Shown: positions 19,128 to 29,292 of the stretch, piece by piece
Layout of the letters: each line of letters opens with the position of its first letter
Position numbering within the stretch: position 1 is the first letter of the stretch
From: an uncultured bacterium
GTDB lineage: Bacteria > UBP7 > UBA6624
Direction: 5' to 3'
Length of the DNA: 64,000 nucleotides
NCBI GenBank assembly: GCA_964012435.1
Contig: CAXGSM010000005.1
Coordinates: 1-64,000, forward strand
Program-made: the position numbers and the translations under genes
Notes under the pieces: generated by a model
Told to the model about the DNA's origin: nothing
Seen by the model: the letters and a program-made list of their open reading frames with translations, nothing else
Databases searched by the model: none

Positions 19128-19940
19128 TTGTTGTTAGGTTTATTTCTTCATCCTAGTTCCGAGCACTCAGCTCTTGATGGTCCTTACATATGGAATCATT
19201 CCGTGCCAGTCATATCACTTATTCTCGGAATGTTATTTGCTTATTTGTTAGTGGTTGGCCCAAGAAGAAAAGATTGGGTGGAAAATGAATCTTTTCCATC
19301 AAAAAACTTCGCTTATTGGATTTTGGGTCTTGTGTCTTTGTATTTGGCTATTGCCTCGCCAATAGATCATATTGGTGAAAAGTATTTGTTTTGGGTTCAT
19401 ATGGTTCAGCATATTATTTTGATCTTTATATCACCCATTTTTTTTCTTTTAGCAATTCCTTCCTGGATGGCAGAAAGGCTATTTGCAAAGAATGCAAAAT
19501 TAGAAAAAATTACGCATCCATTTTTTGCTGCTTTGATATTTAATACTATTTTTATTTTTTGGCATGTTCCTTATTTTTACGAATTGGCCTTGGTGAATAA
19601 AATGGTTCACGATCTTGAGCATTTGACCTTTGTAGTCGGGGCTTTAATTATGTGGTGGCCTATTGTCAGGCCGGTGAAAAGTTGGCAAAAACAACCTGGT
19701 TCAACCTTGCTTCTTTACCTCTTTGTGATTGTGACCTTTCAGATTCCTCTTTTTGTGCTTTTAACTTTTTCTCCTGATTTATGGTATCCGTTTTATGGCG
19801 AGGCTTCAAGGCTTGAAGGTTGGTTGGATATTTCCGCTATGGAAGATCAAGCTTTAGGCGGATTAATCATGAAAACCATTGCTGGTTTTGCATACTTTAT
19901 TGCTTTTGTATATGTTTGGCTGAAGTGGGCTAAGGATTAA
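19128..19940 (+). CDS. ctaG: caa3 oxidase assembly factor (Bacillus-type CtaG)
   Basis: SPIDHIGEKYLFWVHMVQH, WHVP, HDLEH, DQALGGLIMK. Confidence 0.92.
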   Translation: MLLGLFLHPSSEHSALDGPYIWNHSVPVISLILGMLFAYLLVVGPRRKDWVENESFPSKNFAYWILGLVSLYLAIASPIDHIGEKYLFWVHMVQHIILIFISPIFFLLAIPSWMAERLFAKNAKLEKITHPFFAALIFNTIFIFWHVPYFYELALVNKMVHDLEHLTFVVGALIMWWPIVRPVKSWQKQPGSTLLLYLFVIVTFQIPLFVLLTFSPDLWYPFYGEASRLEGWLDISAMEDQALGGLIMKTIAGFAYFIAFVYVWLKWAKD

Positions 19941-22920
19941 AATCCATTCCCAGTTCATCAAAAACAAAAGCCCATGTATCTGCTAATTCTTCAATTACTT
20001 TATGCAATGGTTTTCCAGCTCCATGACCAGCATTTTTTTCGACTCGCAAGAGGGTCAGTGATTCTGGGTGTAGCTCCTGAACAAGCGCAGCAAATTTTCG
20101 TGCATGTAGCGGATCTACCCTTGTATCATGATCAGCAGTTTTCAAAAGAAGGTTAGGCCATTCTTCGGTTGATGGAACATTATGGTAAGGGCTGTATGCA
20201 TGCAGCCATTCAAAGTCTTCTTTCCTGTCAGGATCTCCGTATTCAGCTCTCCATAAACTTGCAATTAGGAATTTAGGGAATCGCACCATATCCAGTAATG
20301 GAACGTCACAAATTACAGCTTTAAAAAGCTCTGGTCTTTGTGTCATTGTTGCACCGACCAATAAACCACCATTGCTACCACCAGAGATTACTATCTTTTT
20401 TGAGTTTGTATATTCGTTTTCCATCAACCATTCAGCAGCTGAAATAAAGTCATCAAAAGTGTTTTGTTTATTTTCCAACATGCCATCATTATGCCATGCA
20501 GAACCATACTCACTACCACCTCTTAAATTTGGAAGAGCAAAAATTCCACCACTTTCCAAAAATGGAATTATGCTTGATCGAAATCCGGGAGTTTGCGAGA
20601 TTGCAAATCCACCATAACCATGTAGGAATGTCGGATTATTTCCATTGAGAACAATGCCTTCTTTGTGAACTATAAACATTGTCACAATAGTCCCATCTTT
20701 TGATTCATACTCAACCTGTTTAACGATTATGTCATCAGTGTTAGCGTTAGATTTATTTTCCTCCCAGGTGATTGTTTTATTCGTCTTGTTGTCCCATCTG
20801 TAGATTGTTGTTGGTGAATTAAATGAAGTGTATGAATAATAGTAAGGACCCTGTTCTTTTCTTGCACTAAATGTTCCAATACTTCCAATACCAGGAAGTG
20901 GAACATCAGATATTTTATTTGTTTCAGGATCTAATAATTTCATTACATGGTGTGCTTTTTCCATGTATCTAAGCACTATTTTTCCACCTGCCCACCAAGC
21001 ATCAAACATATTTACACCTGGCTCCAAAATCAAAGTCCATTTATCTTTTTGAATTTTTGCATCATCGAGCTCAATACTCCAAAGCATGCCATTCGGGTTA
21101 TCTTCACTTGTTTCACTTGTGTAAAAAAAATCATCCTTGAAAAACATTTGACCATAATATGTTTTGCGGTTCATTTCTGTAATTGGGATTATTTCATTCG
21201 AAGTTTTTAAATTTTTGATGAAAATTTGACTTGTATCCCAGCCATTCCATGCATTTAAGATCAGCCATTCGCCATTATCGCTCACCAAAGGCACTGGCCA
21301 TTCTTCTTTTACCCTGTCTTCTCCAAAAATATATTCATCATCCATCCAGTCATCACCCATCTTATGAAAATATATTTTTCGATAATAGTCTTCATCTCCT
21401 GCAGGGACTGTTCCTGGAACAGGCCATCTGCCATAAAAAAATCCTGAATTATCTGGTAGCCATGCTGGTGAACCCCAACGTGCGTACGGGATTTCGTCCT
21501 TGTACTTGTAGCCATCTTCAATTCTTTTAATGTGGATTGTTGATTTTTCATCTCCATTTTCGCTAACACCATAAGCTATATGGGTTCCGTCAGGAGATAT
21601 GCTGTACCAATCAAGACTTGTAGTGCCTTTTTCATTCCATGAATTTGGATCAAGAAGAATTGTCCCCAATCCATCATTTGGATTTAATTTTTCTTGGATC
21701 GGGTGTTTATCTGAATTTGGATAATTCTTCCAGAAAAGTACGGAATGATTCTGTCCAGCTTTTCTTTCTGACCAAAACATACGATTTCCAAAAAATGTAG
21801 GAGCACCAGTGCTGTCATTACTTGTAAGTTTTTCAAAACTATGTTTTAATTTTTCATAGTTTTTCAAATCATGCAAATATGTTCTGGCTTGCTTGTCCTG
21901 CATATCAGACCATGCAAGCACTTTATCAGACTCTCCATCCTCCAACCATCTGTAATTATCTGTAATTTCAACACCATGGATATTCTCTATGACTGGAATT
22001 TTTTCTGTTTTTGCAAGTGTATCAACAATTGCTTTTGCAACATCTGAACCCCTTGCTCTAACTGATCTGCTTTGTTCCATATGTATGAATCTTCCACTTG
22101 CTTTTTGTGCAGATATCAAACATGGCTCAGATACCCCGTTGATATCTCTACCTTGAACATTGGTGCTACCACATAAGTGAAGTTTTCTTGTTGCTCCCTC
22201 GTATTCATTACATGTTGTCACACTTTCATTTTTGAATCTTTTTGAAAGATTCTCAGCCAATCTAGCAACAACACTTTCTTTTGAAGTCTGTAACGAGGTG
22301 CCGTCTGAAAGGCTGATCCCTTTGGCAGCCATGCCATGAATGCTTATAGTTATTGATTCAGGAAAAGCTTCATTTGCTTTTTTATGCATTGTATGAAAAA
22401 GCGTTCTGTCGTTATGTGCAGGATCTGATATTCCATACGCCTGTCTTTCATTTCTTGAGCATGCTGTTGTTGTTCCTGAACAACCGGAAGGTTTTTTATT
22501 TGTGCATCTATGTGTACCACTAATGATTAAAACTTTTGCATTTGCATCTTGGAATATTTCCAAACTTTGTTTTAGCGTTCCATCAAATATTGGATGCGGT
22601 GTTTCCAAAATCAAATCCAAGCCCTTTTTTCTCAAAAGCATCCAAGGCAAACCTTTCTCCAGTGGTTGCCATTGATAAATTTTATTTTTTTTATCAACAC
22701 ACAACGTATAACCAAATTGTTCTGCTTTTTCGACAGCTAAATCAAATTGGTTTTCAAGAAAGTAATCAAATGACATTTCCCATGATTTTTTTAAACTTTC
22801 ACTTTCCTCCTGATACACCCCCTCGTTAGTTTTCAGTATATTTTCAGAATTGACACTTTCCCAATTTGCATTGATGCATTCTGGAATTAAAAAATTAAAT
22901 AAAAAAAACAACATCACCAT
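19930..22920 (-). CDS. Secreted prolyl oligopeptidase (S9A) with an extra ~290-aa N-terminal domain
   Basis: Signal-like N-terminus; DNYRWLED, GYGGF, NLRGGSEYG, GGSNGG, HDTRV, AGHGAG. Confidence 0.92.
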   Translation of the reverse strand: MVMLFFLFNFLIPECINANWESVNSENILKTNEGVYQEESESLKKSWEMSFDYFLENQFDLAVEKAEQFGYTLCVDKKNKIYQWQPLEKGLPWMLLRKKGLDLILETPHPIFDGTLKQSLEIFQDANAKVLIISGTHRCTNKKPSGCSGTTTACSRNERQAYGISDPAHNDRTLFHTMHKKANEAFPESITISIHGMAAKGISLSDGTSLQTSKESVVARLAENLSKRFKNESVTTCNEYEGATRKLHLCGSTNVQGRDINGVSEPCLISAQKASGRFIHMEQSRSVRARGSDVAKAIVDTLAKTEKIPVIENIHGVEITDNYRWLEDGESDKVLAWSDMQDKQARTYLHDLKNYEKLKHSFEKLTSNDSTGAPTFFGNRMFWSERKAGQNHSVLFWKNYPNSDKHPIQEKLNPNDGLGTILLDPNSWNEKGTTSLDWYSISPDGTHIAYGVSENGDEKSTIHIKRIEDGYKYKDEIPYARWGSPAWLPDNSGFFYGRWPVPGTVPAGDEDYYRKIYFHKMGDDWMDDEYIFGEDRVKEEWPVPLVSDNGEWLILNAWNGWDTSQIFIKNLKTSNEIIPITEMNRKTYYGQMFFKDDFFYTSETSEDNPNGMLWSIELDDAKIQKDKWTLILEPGVNMFDAWWAGGKIVLRYMEKAHHVMKLLDPETNKISDVPLPGIGSIGTFSARKEQGPYYYSYTSFNSPTTIYRWDNKTNKTITWEENKSNANTDDIIVKQVEYESKDGTIVTMFIVHKEGIVLNGNNPTFLHGYGGFAISQTPGFRSSIIPFLESGGIFALPNLRGGSEYGSAWHNDGMLENKQNTFDDFISAAEWLMENEYTNSKKIVISGGSNGGLLVGATMTQRPELFKAVICDVPLLDMVRFPKFLIASLWRAEYGDPDRKEDFEWLHAYSPYHNVPSTEEWPNLLLKTADHDTRVDPLHARKFAALVQELHPESLTLLRVEKNAGHGAGKPLHKVIEELADTWAFVFDELGMDFNP

Positions 22921-22975
22921 TCTCCCTTTTTAAATAGTTTGATTATAAGCACCTCGTTGTAATAGACTTTCCATT

Positions 22976-23833
22976 ATGGAAACTGTGTTGGCATTTGACG
23001 TTGGTGGAACCAAAACATCTTGCGCTTTGGTAGCCAATGGAAAAATTCTTCGCAAAAAGGAGAAAGCTACTATTGGGTCAAACACAGCTGAGGATTTCGT
23101 ACAGCAAATTTTCAAAATGGGACAACCCTGGATTGACAAAGCAGATAAGGTTGCTGTGGCAACTTTGGGACTTGTTGAAGGTGGGTGTTGGAGCGCTCCA
23201 ACATTAAATTTAATTGATGGCAAAAAATTTCCTTTAGTCAAAAAGCTAACAAGACTATTCCACAAAAATGTAACCATCGTTAACGATGCCCAGGCGGCAG
23301 CTTGGGGAGAGTATAAATTTGGTGCTGGTAAAACTAAGGATATGTTATTTGTAACCGTTTCCACAGGTGTCGGTGGGGGACTTGTTTCAAATGGTAGATT
23401 GATTACTGGCAAAACAGGTTTGGCAGGACATATAGGCCACATTCAAATTGACCCTCATGGCCTGGAATGTACCTGTGGCAGAAAAGGCTGTCTCCAAGCT
23501 TATGTTTCTGGAGAGGGCATTTCTTTTGCTGCACAGCCTTATCACCCAGGAGCAACTACAAAAAATGTTTTTGAACAAGCTGAAGATGGTAAGGATTGGG
23601 CAAAAGATATCCTGCACACTTCTGCTTCATTGTTAACGACAGCTATATCCAATGCTAAAAGCATGCTTGATATTGAAATTGCTGTCATTGGAGGCAGTGT
23701 CGGTTTGGCTAAAGGCTACATAGGGATGCTGCAAAAAGAAATGCTCAAAGAGGATAATCTGTATAGCGTCAAGATAAAAGAAGCCATTCTCGGCAGCAAT
23801 GCTGGCTTGATTGGCGCTGCTTCCCTTGATTGA
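22976..23833 (+). CDS. nanK: ROK family kinase, N-acetylmannosamine kinase-like
   Basis: DVGGTK, NDAQAAAWGEY, FVTVSTGVGGG, GLAGHIGH, CTCGRKGC; resembles NanK as I recall it. Confidence 0.75.
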   Translation: METVLAFDVGGTKTSCALVANGKILRKKEKATIGSNTAEDFVQQIFKMGQPWIDKADKVAVATLGLVEGGCWSAPTLNLIDGKKFPLVKKLTRLFHKNVTIVNDAQAAAWGEYKFGAGKTKDMLFVTVSTGVGGGLVSNGRLITGKTGLAGHIGHIQIDPHGLECTCGRKGCLQAYVSGEGISFAAQPYHPGATTKNVFEQAEDGKDWAKDILHTSASLLTTAISNAKSMLDIEIAVIGGSVGLAKGYIGMLQKEMLKEDNLYSVKIKEAILGSNAGLIGAASLD

Positions 23834-23838
23834 AAAAA

Positions 23839-24648
23839 TTAAAACCTATCATCCAAAAATGAATCTGGTAAAAATCTTGCAATGATTGTTTTTAATTTAT
23901 GGATCGGTCCGACAATGTATCTTGTTTTGGGTTTAGATGCTTCCAAAGCATCTATCACTGCATCCACGACATATTTTGCGTCAAGAGCTTTTTTTTCTGC
24001 TTCTGAGGCGCCGTTTAAAAGTGAATTTATTTCATTTTCATAAAGCTCAAGTTTTTCTTTGGGGAGTTTTTTCATTTGAGAATTTCCCCTATTTAGAGTT
24101 TTGTTCCAAATCGGTGTTTTCATCGATCCAGGCTCAATAATTGAGACTTTTATATCCCATTTTTTTAATTCTCTCCTGAAGCCGTCACCAATAGCTTCTA
24201 ATGCGTGTTTGCTGGCTGCATACATGCCCAACAAAGGAAAAACAATCATCCCACTCACAGAGCTTATAAATACAATTCTGCCTTGTGCTTTTCGAATTGC
24301 TGGAAGGAAAGCTTGTGTTACTGAAATTTGGGATATGACATTTACATCTAATTGTCTTTTTGCATCCTCAATAGGCATCAGTTCAAGCGGTCCAGGGCAG
24401 ACTATCCCAGCATTATTGATAAGACCATCTAGAGAGCTTCCAACCGTTTCAACAATTTTTTTAATATGTGCTTCTTTAGTTATGTCAAGGATCACAGGCT
24501 GTAGATGATCAGAGCCTTTAGCCTGTAAGTTTTTCTTGTCTTTTTGATTCCTGACGCCAGCAAAAACTTGCCAACCTTGTCGATCCAAAGAAAGGGCAAT
24601 TGCTTTCCCAATACCTGTAGATGCACCAGTAATTAGTATTTTTTTCAC
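23839..24648 (-). CDS. Short-chain dehydrogenase/reductase
   Basis: TGASTGIG, NNAG, YAASK, IEPG; GTG start with AAGGA upstream. Confidence 0.93.
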   Translation of the reverse strand: MKKILITGASTGIGKAIALSLDRQGWQVFAGVRNQKDKKNLQAKGSDHLQPVILDITKEAHIKKIVETVGSSLDGLINNAGIVCPGPLELMPIEDAKRQLDVNVISQISVTQAFLPAIRKAQGRIVFISSVSGMIVFPLLGMYAASKHALEAIGDGFRRELKKWDIKVSIIEPGSMKTPIWNKTLNRGNSQMKKLPKEKLELYENEINSLLNGASEAEKKALDAKYVVDAVIDALEASKPKTRYIVGPIHKLKTIIARFLPDSFLDDRF

Positions 24649-24711
24649 TTCCTTTACTCTAAATCATTAAAAATATAAATAAAAAAAATGTAAACTAAAG
24701 ATTAATGAACT

Positions 24712-25935
24712 TTGATTATGTTTTTATTTAACATTTTGCCCATTTTTTCTGACGATGCATATTTAACTGCATACTTTGCCGATTCTTTTGTCGGCGGATT
24801 GGGTTTTCCAAATTCAGATACTATGACTTTATTGGGTATCACAGACCCTTTGTATCTTTATTTTGTTAGTTTTTTAGTTTATGTTGGCTTGACACCATTG
24901 ACTGCTATTCATTTGGTTAATTCACTATCTATATTCCTGATTTTTTCAATAATCAAAAAAGAAAAAGGCAATTCAATTTTTTTCATTGTTTTAGCATTTA
25001 TTTCACTGTGGTATCAATTGCTTGTAGGTAACGGTAATGGATTGTTCATGCTTTTCTTTTTGCTTTATTTGATTGATTACAAAAAACTAGAACCTATTTG
25101 GTTGTCCTTGGCCACTTCGGTCAGGTTTGATTTTGGCCTCTATCTTGCATATGTCTTTATAGGCAAGCTCAAAGAAAAAGATTTTCAGTGGTGCTCCAAG
25201 GCATTTTTTTCTTTTATCCCTGTCTTGATGTTAAATTTATTTTTTTGGAAAACACCAATTCCAAACACATTGCTTTCCAAAAGGTTGATGTACGACAGAT
25301 TGTTTATGTTAGATTTTGAAGTTCCAGACCATCTTCAATGGTTAATTTTGTCAATTTGCTTTGCTTTACTCTTCAAGAAGATCAACAAAAAAGTGATTTT
25401 AGCTGCGCTAGCTTTCAGTCTTTCTTGGGCCTTTGCGGGAGTTTCACCTGGAAATGCTTTTCCAATGCTGGGTTTTATGCTTCTATTGGCTTTTGTTTTT
25501 TCAAACCATCAAGACTTTATCGCCTTGCTTAAAAAGCAAATGTTCAAGATATGCTTCATTGCTTGCGCATTAACACTGCCTCAAACTATAAGAATTTATC
25601 AAAAATGGGAAGATCACCATCATGTGACTTCCGAGATTAGCAAATTGATACCAGAACAAGGCTGCACACTTGCGTATTGGTATTTTGGCTATCTAAGACA
25701 TCATTCAGATGCGTGCCTAATTGACGGTTCCGGTTTCTTTGACAAGAATAGCTTTGACCTTTTAAGTGAAACAAAATCAAATGAGATATTTTTAAGGCTT
25801 CCCGAAAAACCTTCTTCTGTAATCCATTTTCACCAATCAGATCTCGAACCGCTGAGGTATCTGCCGGAATACCCATTTTCAAGAATAATCAAGGGCAAAT
25901 ATATTCAAGCTATCATATATACAAAAGATTTTTAG
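24712..25935 (+). CDS. Polytopic membrane protein, possible GT-C fold glycosyltransferase
   Basis: DDAY motif near the N-terminus, PIPNT..K loop, about 10 hydrophobic segments and a soluble C-terminal region. Confidence 0.55.
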   Translation: MIMFLFNILPIFSDDAYLTAYFADSFVGGLGFPNSDTMTLLGITDPLYLYFVSFLVYVGLTPLTAIHLVNSLSIFLIFSIIKKEKGNSIFFIVLAFISLWYQLLVGNGNGLFMLFFLLYLIDYKKLEPIWLSLATSVRFDFGLYLAYVFIGKLKEKDFQWCSKAFFSFIPVLMLNLFFWKTPIPNTLLSKRLMYDRLFMLDFEVPDHLQWLILSICFALLFKKINKKVILAALAFSLSWAFAGVSPGNAFPMLGFMLLLAFVFSNHQDFIALLKKQMFKICFIACALTLPQTIRIYQKWEDHHHVTSEISKLIPEQGCTLAYWYFGYLRHHSDACLIDGSGFFDKNSFDLLSETKSNEIFLRLPEKPSSVIHFHQSDLEPLRYLPEYPFSRIIKGKYIQAIIYTKDF

Positions 25936-25958
25936 ATAGTAGGATAATAGAAGCCTTT

Positions 25959-26029
25959 TGGCCGGTCGTATAAGGGCAGTACAACGGACTTTGGATCCGT
26001 GAGTGGAGGTTCGAATCCTTCCCGGCCAG
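25959..26029 (+). tRNA. tRNA-Gln (anticodon TTG), CCA not encoded
   Basis: TGGCCGG/CCGGCCA acceptor stem, ACGGA-CTTTGGA-TCCGT anticodon arm, GGTTCGAATCC T arm, followed by a T run. Confidence 0.97.
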
Positions 26030-26037
26030 TTTTTTTT

Positions 26038-26784
26038 ATGGATGCATTCATCTTTATACTTGTTCTTTTTTTAATTGCTTATCTTTATTCTGTTACTGGA
26101 CATGGCGGCGGTAGTGCTTACTTGGCATTATTCTTATTGCTGGGATCTGGTCCGACAGAGGCTAAGTTTTTTGCCCTGTCTTTAAATGTTATTGTTGCAT
26201 TTTTAGCATTTTTTAATTTTAAAAAAGCTGGTTTTTTGGATTTTGCATTGGTGTGGCCATTGCTTTTAGGCTCCATGCCCGCAGTTTTTTTATCAGCAAA
26301 ATTGCCTCCCGGGATTGATTTTTACAATCAGGTAGTTGGATTTCTACTTATTGTTTTAGCAGTTAAACTTTTCAGGAAATCAAAAAATAATTTTACCGCT
26401 AAGAAAAAACCCAAAACGCTGATTTTGATTTTCACGGGATTTTTGATAGGCGCTCTTGCTGGTTTTATAGGTATTGGCGGCGGCATTTTTCTTTCACCTA
26501 TCTTGATTTTTTTTGGTTGGGCTAATCCCAGGAAAACAGCAGCTGCAAGTTCCATTTTTGTATTAGCAAATTCATTCTTAGGGGTTGTTTCAATTTTCCA
26601 AACCTTTGGAGAAAAGATTTCTGAAGATGTTTATTTGCCGAGTGCTTTCTTGCTTTTTGGTTCAATTGTTGCCCTAGCTAGCTGGATGGGATCTTCTCTT
26701 GGGAGCAAGAGGCTTAACAAGCTTGTTATGAATAGGGCTTTAGGTGTTATTTTATTAATAGCATCCTTAAGGTTGTTTTTATGA
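26038..26784 (+). CDS. TSUP (TauE/SafE) family transporter
   Basis: GHGGGS and GIGGGIFLSP repeats, about 8 TM helices; start moved to ATG 26038 because the longer ORF overlaps the tRNA. Confidence 0.88.
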   Translation: MDAFIFILVLFLIAYLYSVTGHGGGSAYLALFLLLGSGPTEAKFFALSLNVIVAFLAFFNFKKAGFLDFALVWPLLLGSMPAVFLSAKLPPGIDFYNQVVGFLLIVLAVKLFRKSKNNFTAKKKPKTLILIFTGFLIGALAGFIGIGGGIFLSPILIFFGWANPRKTAAASSIFVLANSFLGVVSIFQTFGEKISEDVYLPSAFLLFGSIVALASWMGSSLGSKRLNKLVMNRALGVILLIASLRLFL

Positions 26785-27908
26785 TTATGATGACATTTAT
26801 GAATTTATTTTTATTGTTTTTTTATCTTGCGTTTTCCATTGATTTAACTCAAGATCAATTGGAAAAAGCCAATCAAGGCTATCAGCAACCAGAGCTTTAT
26901 GGAGAACCTGTGCTTTATGAGGGAGAGGTCTTTTTTGAAAACTTAAGACAATTGACATTTGGTGGAGAAAACGCAGAGGCTTATTGGTCTCCTGATGGCA
27001 AAAAGCTTGTTTTTCAATCGAAGAGGGATGGTTCCAAATCTGATTCGATATACATGTTAAGTGTTGAGAGTATGACTATTGAAAAGCTTTCAAGCGGAAA
27101 AGGTGTTACAACTTGCGCTTGGTGGCTTTCTGACAGCAGGAGGATCATTTTTGCATCAACACATGAAACAATGCCAGAGGACCCGCCTCCTCCAGATTAC
27201 TCAAAAGGATACGTTTGGCCTGTTCATTCTTCATATGAAATTTATTTAATGGACACAGAAACAAAAAGTATAGAAAAGCTAACTGAATCCAATGGGTATG
27301 ATGCAGAGGGTGAAGGAATCATATGGCAAAAAAACAATACTATGATTTTCACAAGTAGCAGGGATGGAGACCTCGATCTTTACTCGATGGAAATTGATGG
27401 TGATCGAAGTGTCACGCGATTGACTCATGAGCCTGGTTATGATGGTGGCAGCATTCCAGGTTATTCAGGTGAATACATAATATGGAGAAGAACTTCAGCT
27501 AATACAGAAGAGGAAATAAAAGACTTTAAAGATCTGCTAGCAGACGATCTTGTCAGGCCATCTCAGCTTGATATTTGGATGATGAGGTCTGATGGAACGC
27601 ATAGGGTTCAAATAACAGATAATGGTGCTGCAAATTTTGGTCCATCCATGGCTCCGAATGATAAGTTTATTTTTTACGTATCCAATGTTGACGATCCACA
27701 AGGTAGAGATTTTGATATATACATGCACCATTTTTCCAAACCCAAAGGCGCTGAGGATGAAAAGATAACTTTTTTTGAGGGTTTTGATGGTTTTCCGGTT
27801 TTTTCTCCCTCAGGTGAATATGTTGTTTTTGCGAGTAACAGAAATGGTTTGGTTGAAGGTGAAACCAATTTATTTATTGCCGATTGGATTGGCCCATCTT
27901 CAAATTAA
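26781..27908 (+). CDS. Secreted TolB-like (PD40 repeat) beta-propeller protein
   Basis: Signal peptide; RQLTFGGENAEAYWSPDG, FTSSRDGDLDLY, FDGFPVFSPSG, FASNR. Confidence 0.85.
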   Translation: MIMMTFMNLFLLFFYLAFSIDLTQDQLEKANQGYQQPELYGEPVLYEGEVFFENLRQLTFGGENAEAYWSPDGKKLVFQSKRDGSKSDSIYMLSVESMTIEKLSSGKGVTTCAWWLSDSRRIIFASTHETMPEDPPPPDYSKGYVWPVHSSYEIYLMDTETKSIEKLTESNGYDAEGEGIIWQKNNTMIFTSSRDGDLDLYSMEIDGDRSVTRLTHEPGYDGGSIPGYSGEYIIWRRTSANTEEEIKDFKDLLADDLVRPSQLDIWMMRSDGTHRVQITDNGAANFGPSMAPNDKFIFYVSNVDDPQGRDFDIYMHHFSKPKGAEDEKITFFEGFDGFPVFSPSGEYVVFASNRNGLVEGETNLFIADWIGPSSN

Positions 27909-27944
27909 CTGTATCTTTTATTGAGATATAATATGAAACCCGTT

Positions 27945-28214
27945 ATGAAAAAAGATTTGCATCCTAAGTGGCATGACTGTAAGGTTTCATGTGATTGCGG
28001 CACCAGCTTTACTGTTGGCGCAACTGTTCCTTCCCTGAAGGTTGAAATATGTTCTTCCTGTCATCCCTTCTTCACCAAGAAGCAGAAATTTATCGACACT
28101 GCTGGACGTATTGATAGGTTTAATGCAAAGTTCGGTCAATCTTCTCTATCTGATATCATGGCAAAAAAAAGAAAAGCGAAAGAAGAACCTTCAGAAAAAT
28201 CTGAAGCGCTTTAA
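27945..28214 (+). CDS. rpmE: 50S ribosomal protein L31 (Zn-binding type)
   Basis: MKKDLHP, CDCG, EICSSCHPFFT, DTAGRIDRF. Confidence 0.96.
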   Translation: MKKDLHPKWHDCKVSCDCGTSFTVGATVPSLKVEICSSCHPFFTKKQKFIDTAGRIDRFNAKFGQSSLSDIMAKKRKAKEEPSEKSEAL

Positions 28215-28217
28215 CGC

Positions 28218-29291
28218 ATGGCAAGCCTAAAGGAGTCAGTGGCTCCGTTTCACAAGGAGCTTATAGAGGTTGATAATCAGTTATCTGACCCCAATGTCAT
28301 ATCCAATCGAGGTAAATTAAAGGAATTAAGTTTAAGACGAAATTATCTAGAGGAAATAATCGGTATTGCAGACCGATATTTTCAAGCTGAAAAATATTTT
28401 GATGAACTAAAAGAGGCACTTGATGGTGACGATGTTGAACTTGCAGAAATGGCTGAACTTGAAATGGAGCTGGCTGAAAAAAAATACCTCGAAACAAAAG
28501 AAGGTTTAGAAAATGCTCTTTTGCCCCGAAATCCAGATGCTCATCGAAATGCATTATTGGAAATTAGAGCAGGTACAGGTGGTGATGAGGCGGCAATATG
28601 GGCTGGAGATCTCTTCAACATGTATCAAAGAGCAGCGACTGCAGAAGGTTTCAATGTAAAGATTTTAAATAAATCACAAGCCGAGATGGGCGGCTTCAAG
28701 GAGCTGGTTTGTCAAGTTAAGGGGCGAGGTTCATATGGTTTTCTTGCTTCTGAAAGTGGTATTCACAGAGTACAACGTGTGCCCCAAACAGAAAGTCAGG
28801 GTCGATTGCACACCTCAGCTGCAAGTGTTTATGTTTTGCCTGAGGCAGACTCAGATGTGAACATAAGTATTGATTTAAAAGATTTAGCAATTGATACATA
28901 TAGAGCTTCAGGTGCTGGCGGACAGCATGTCAATAAAACTGATTCAGCTGTCAGGATTACACATACGCCTACAGGAATTGTTGTTCAATGTCAAGATGGT
29001 AGAAGCCAGCATCAAAACAAAGAGACATGTTTGAACATGTTGAAGACTAAACTTTATAGATTGGAGATTGAAAAACAAGAAGCAGAGGGTGCTCAAAAGA
29101 GAAAATCTGCTGTTGGAAAAGGAGATAGGTCTGAAAAAATAAGAACATACAACTATCCTCAGAATAGAGTCACCGATCATCGTGTCTCAATTACAAACCA
29201 TCAGTTGAGTTCATTAATGATGGGAGAGGTTCCAGGTTTTTTTACACAGGTCAACACTGCTTTGCGACGTATGGATCTGGAAGAAATTTAA
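28218..29291 (+). CDS. prfA: Peptide chain release factor 1
   Basis: EIRAGTGG, VPQTE (PxT motif), GAGGQHVN, IRTYNYPQ. Confidence 0.97.
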   Translation: MASLKESVAPFHKELIEVDNQLSDPNVISNRGKLKELSLRRNYLEEIIGIADRYFQAEKYFDELKEALDGDDVELAEMAELEMELAEKKYLETKEGLENALLPRNPDAHRNALLEIRAGTGGDEAAIWAGDLFNMYQRAATAEGFNVKILNKSQAEMGGFKELVCQVKGRGSYGFLASESGIHRVQRVPQTESQGRLHTSAASVYVLPEADSDVNISIDLKDLAIDTYRASGAGGQHVNKTDSAVRITHTPTGIVVQCQDGRSQHQNKETCLNMLKTKLYRLEIEKQEAEGAQKRKSAVGKGDRSEKIRTYNYPQNRVTDHRVSITNHQLSSLMMGEVPGFFTQVNTALRRMDLEEI

Positions 29292-29292
29292 A

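Noticed and set aside
22930..23442. 170-aa minus-strand ORF and the other antisense or nested ORFs in the track (e.g. 54207-54698, 8179-8598)
   Set aside because: They are shadows of well-supported genes on the opposite strand or frame and carry no motifs of their own.
8747..26029. Genomic island or prophage integrated at either tRNA
   Set aside because: No integrase, no duplicated tRNA 3' end seen, and the flanks are housekeeping genes of similar composition.
25999..26037. GTG start of the TSUP ORF given in the ORF track
   Set aside because: It lies inside tRNA-Gln; ATG 26038 is preferred.
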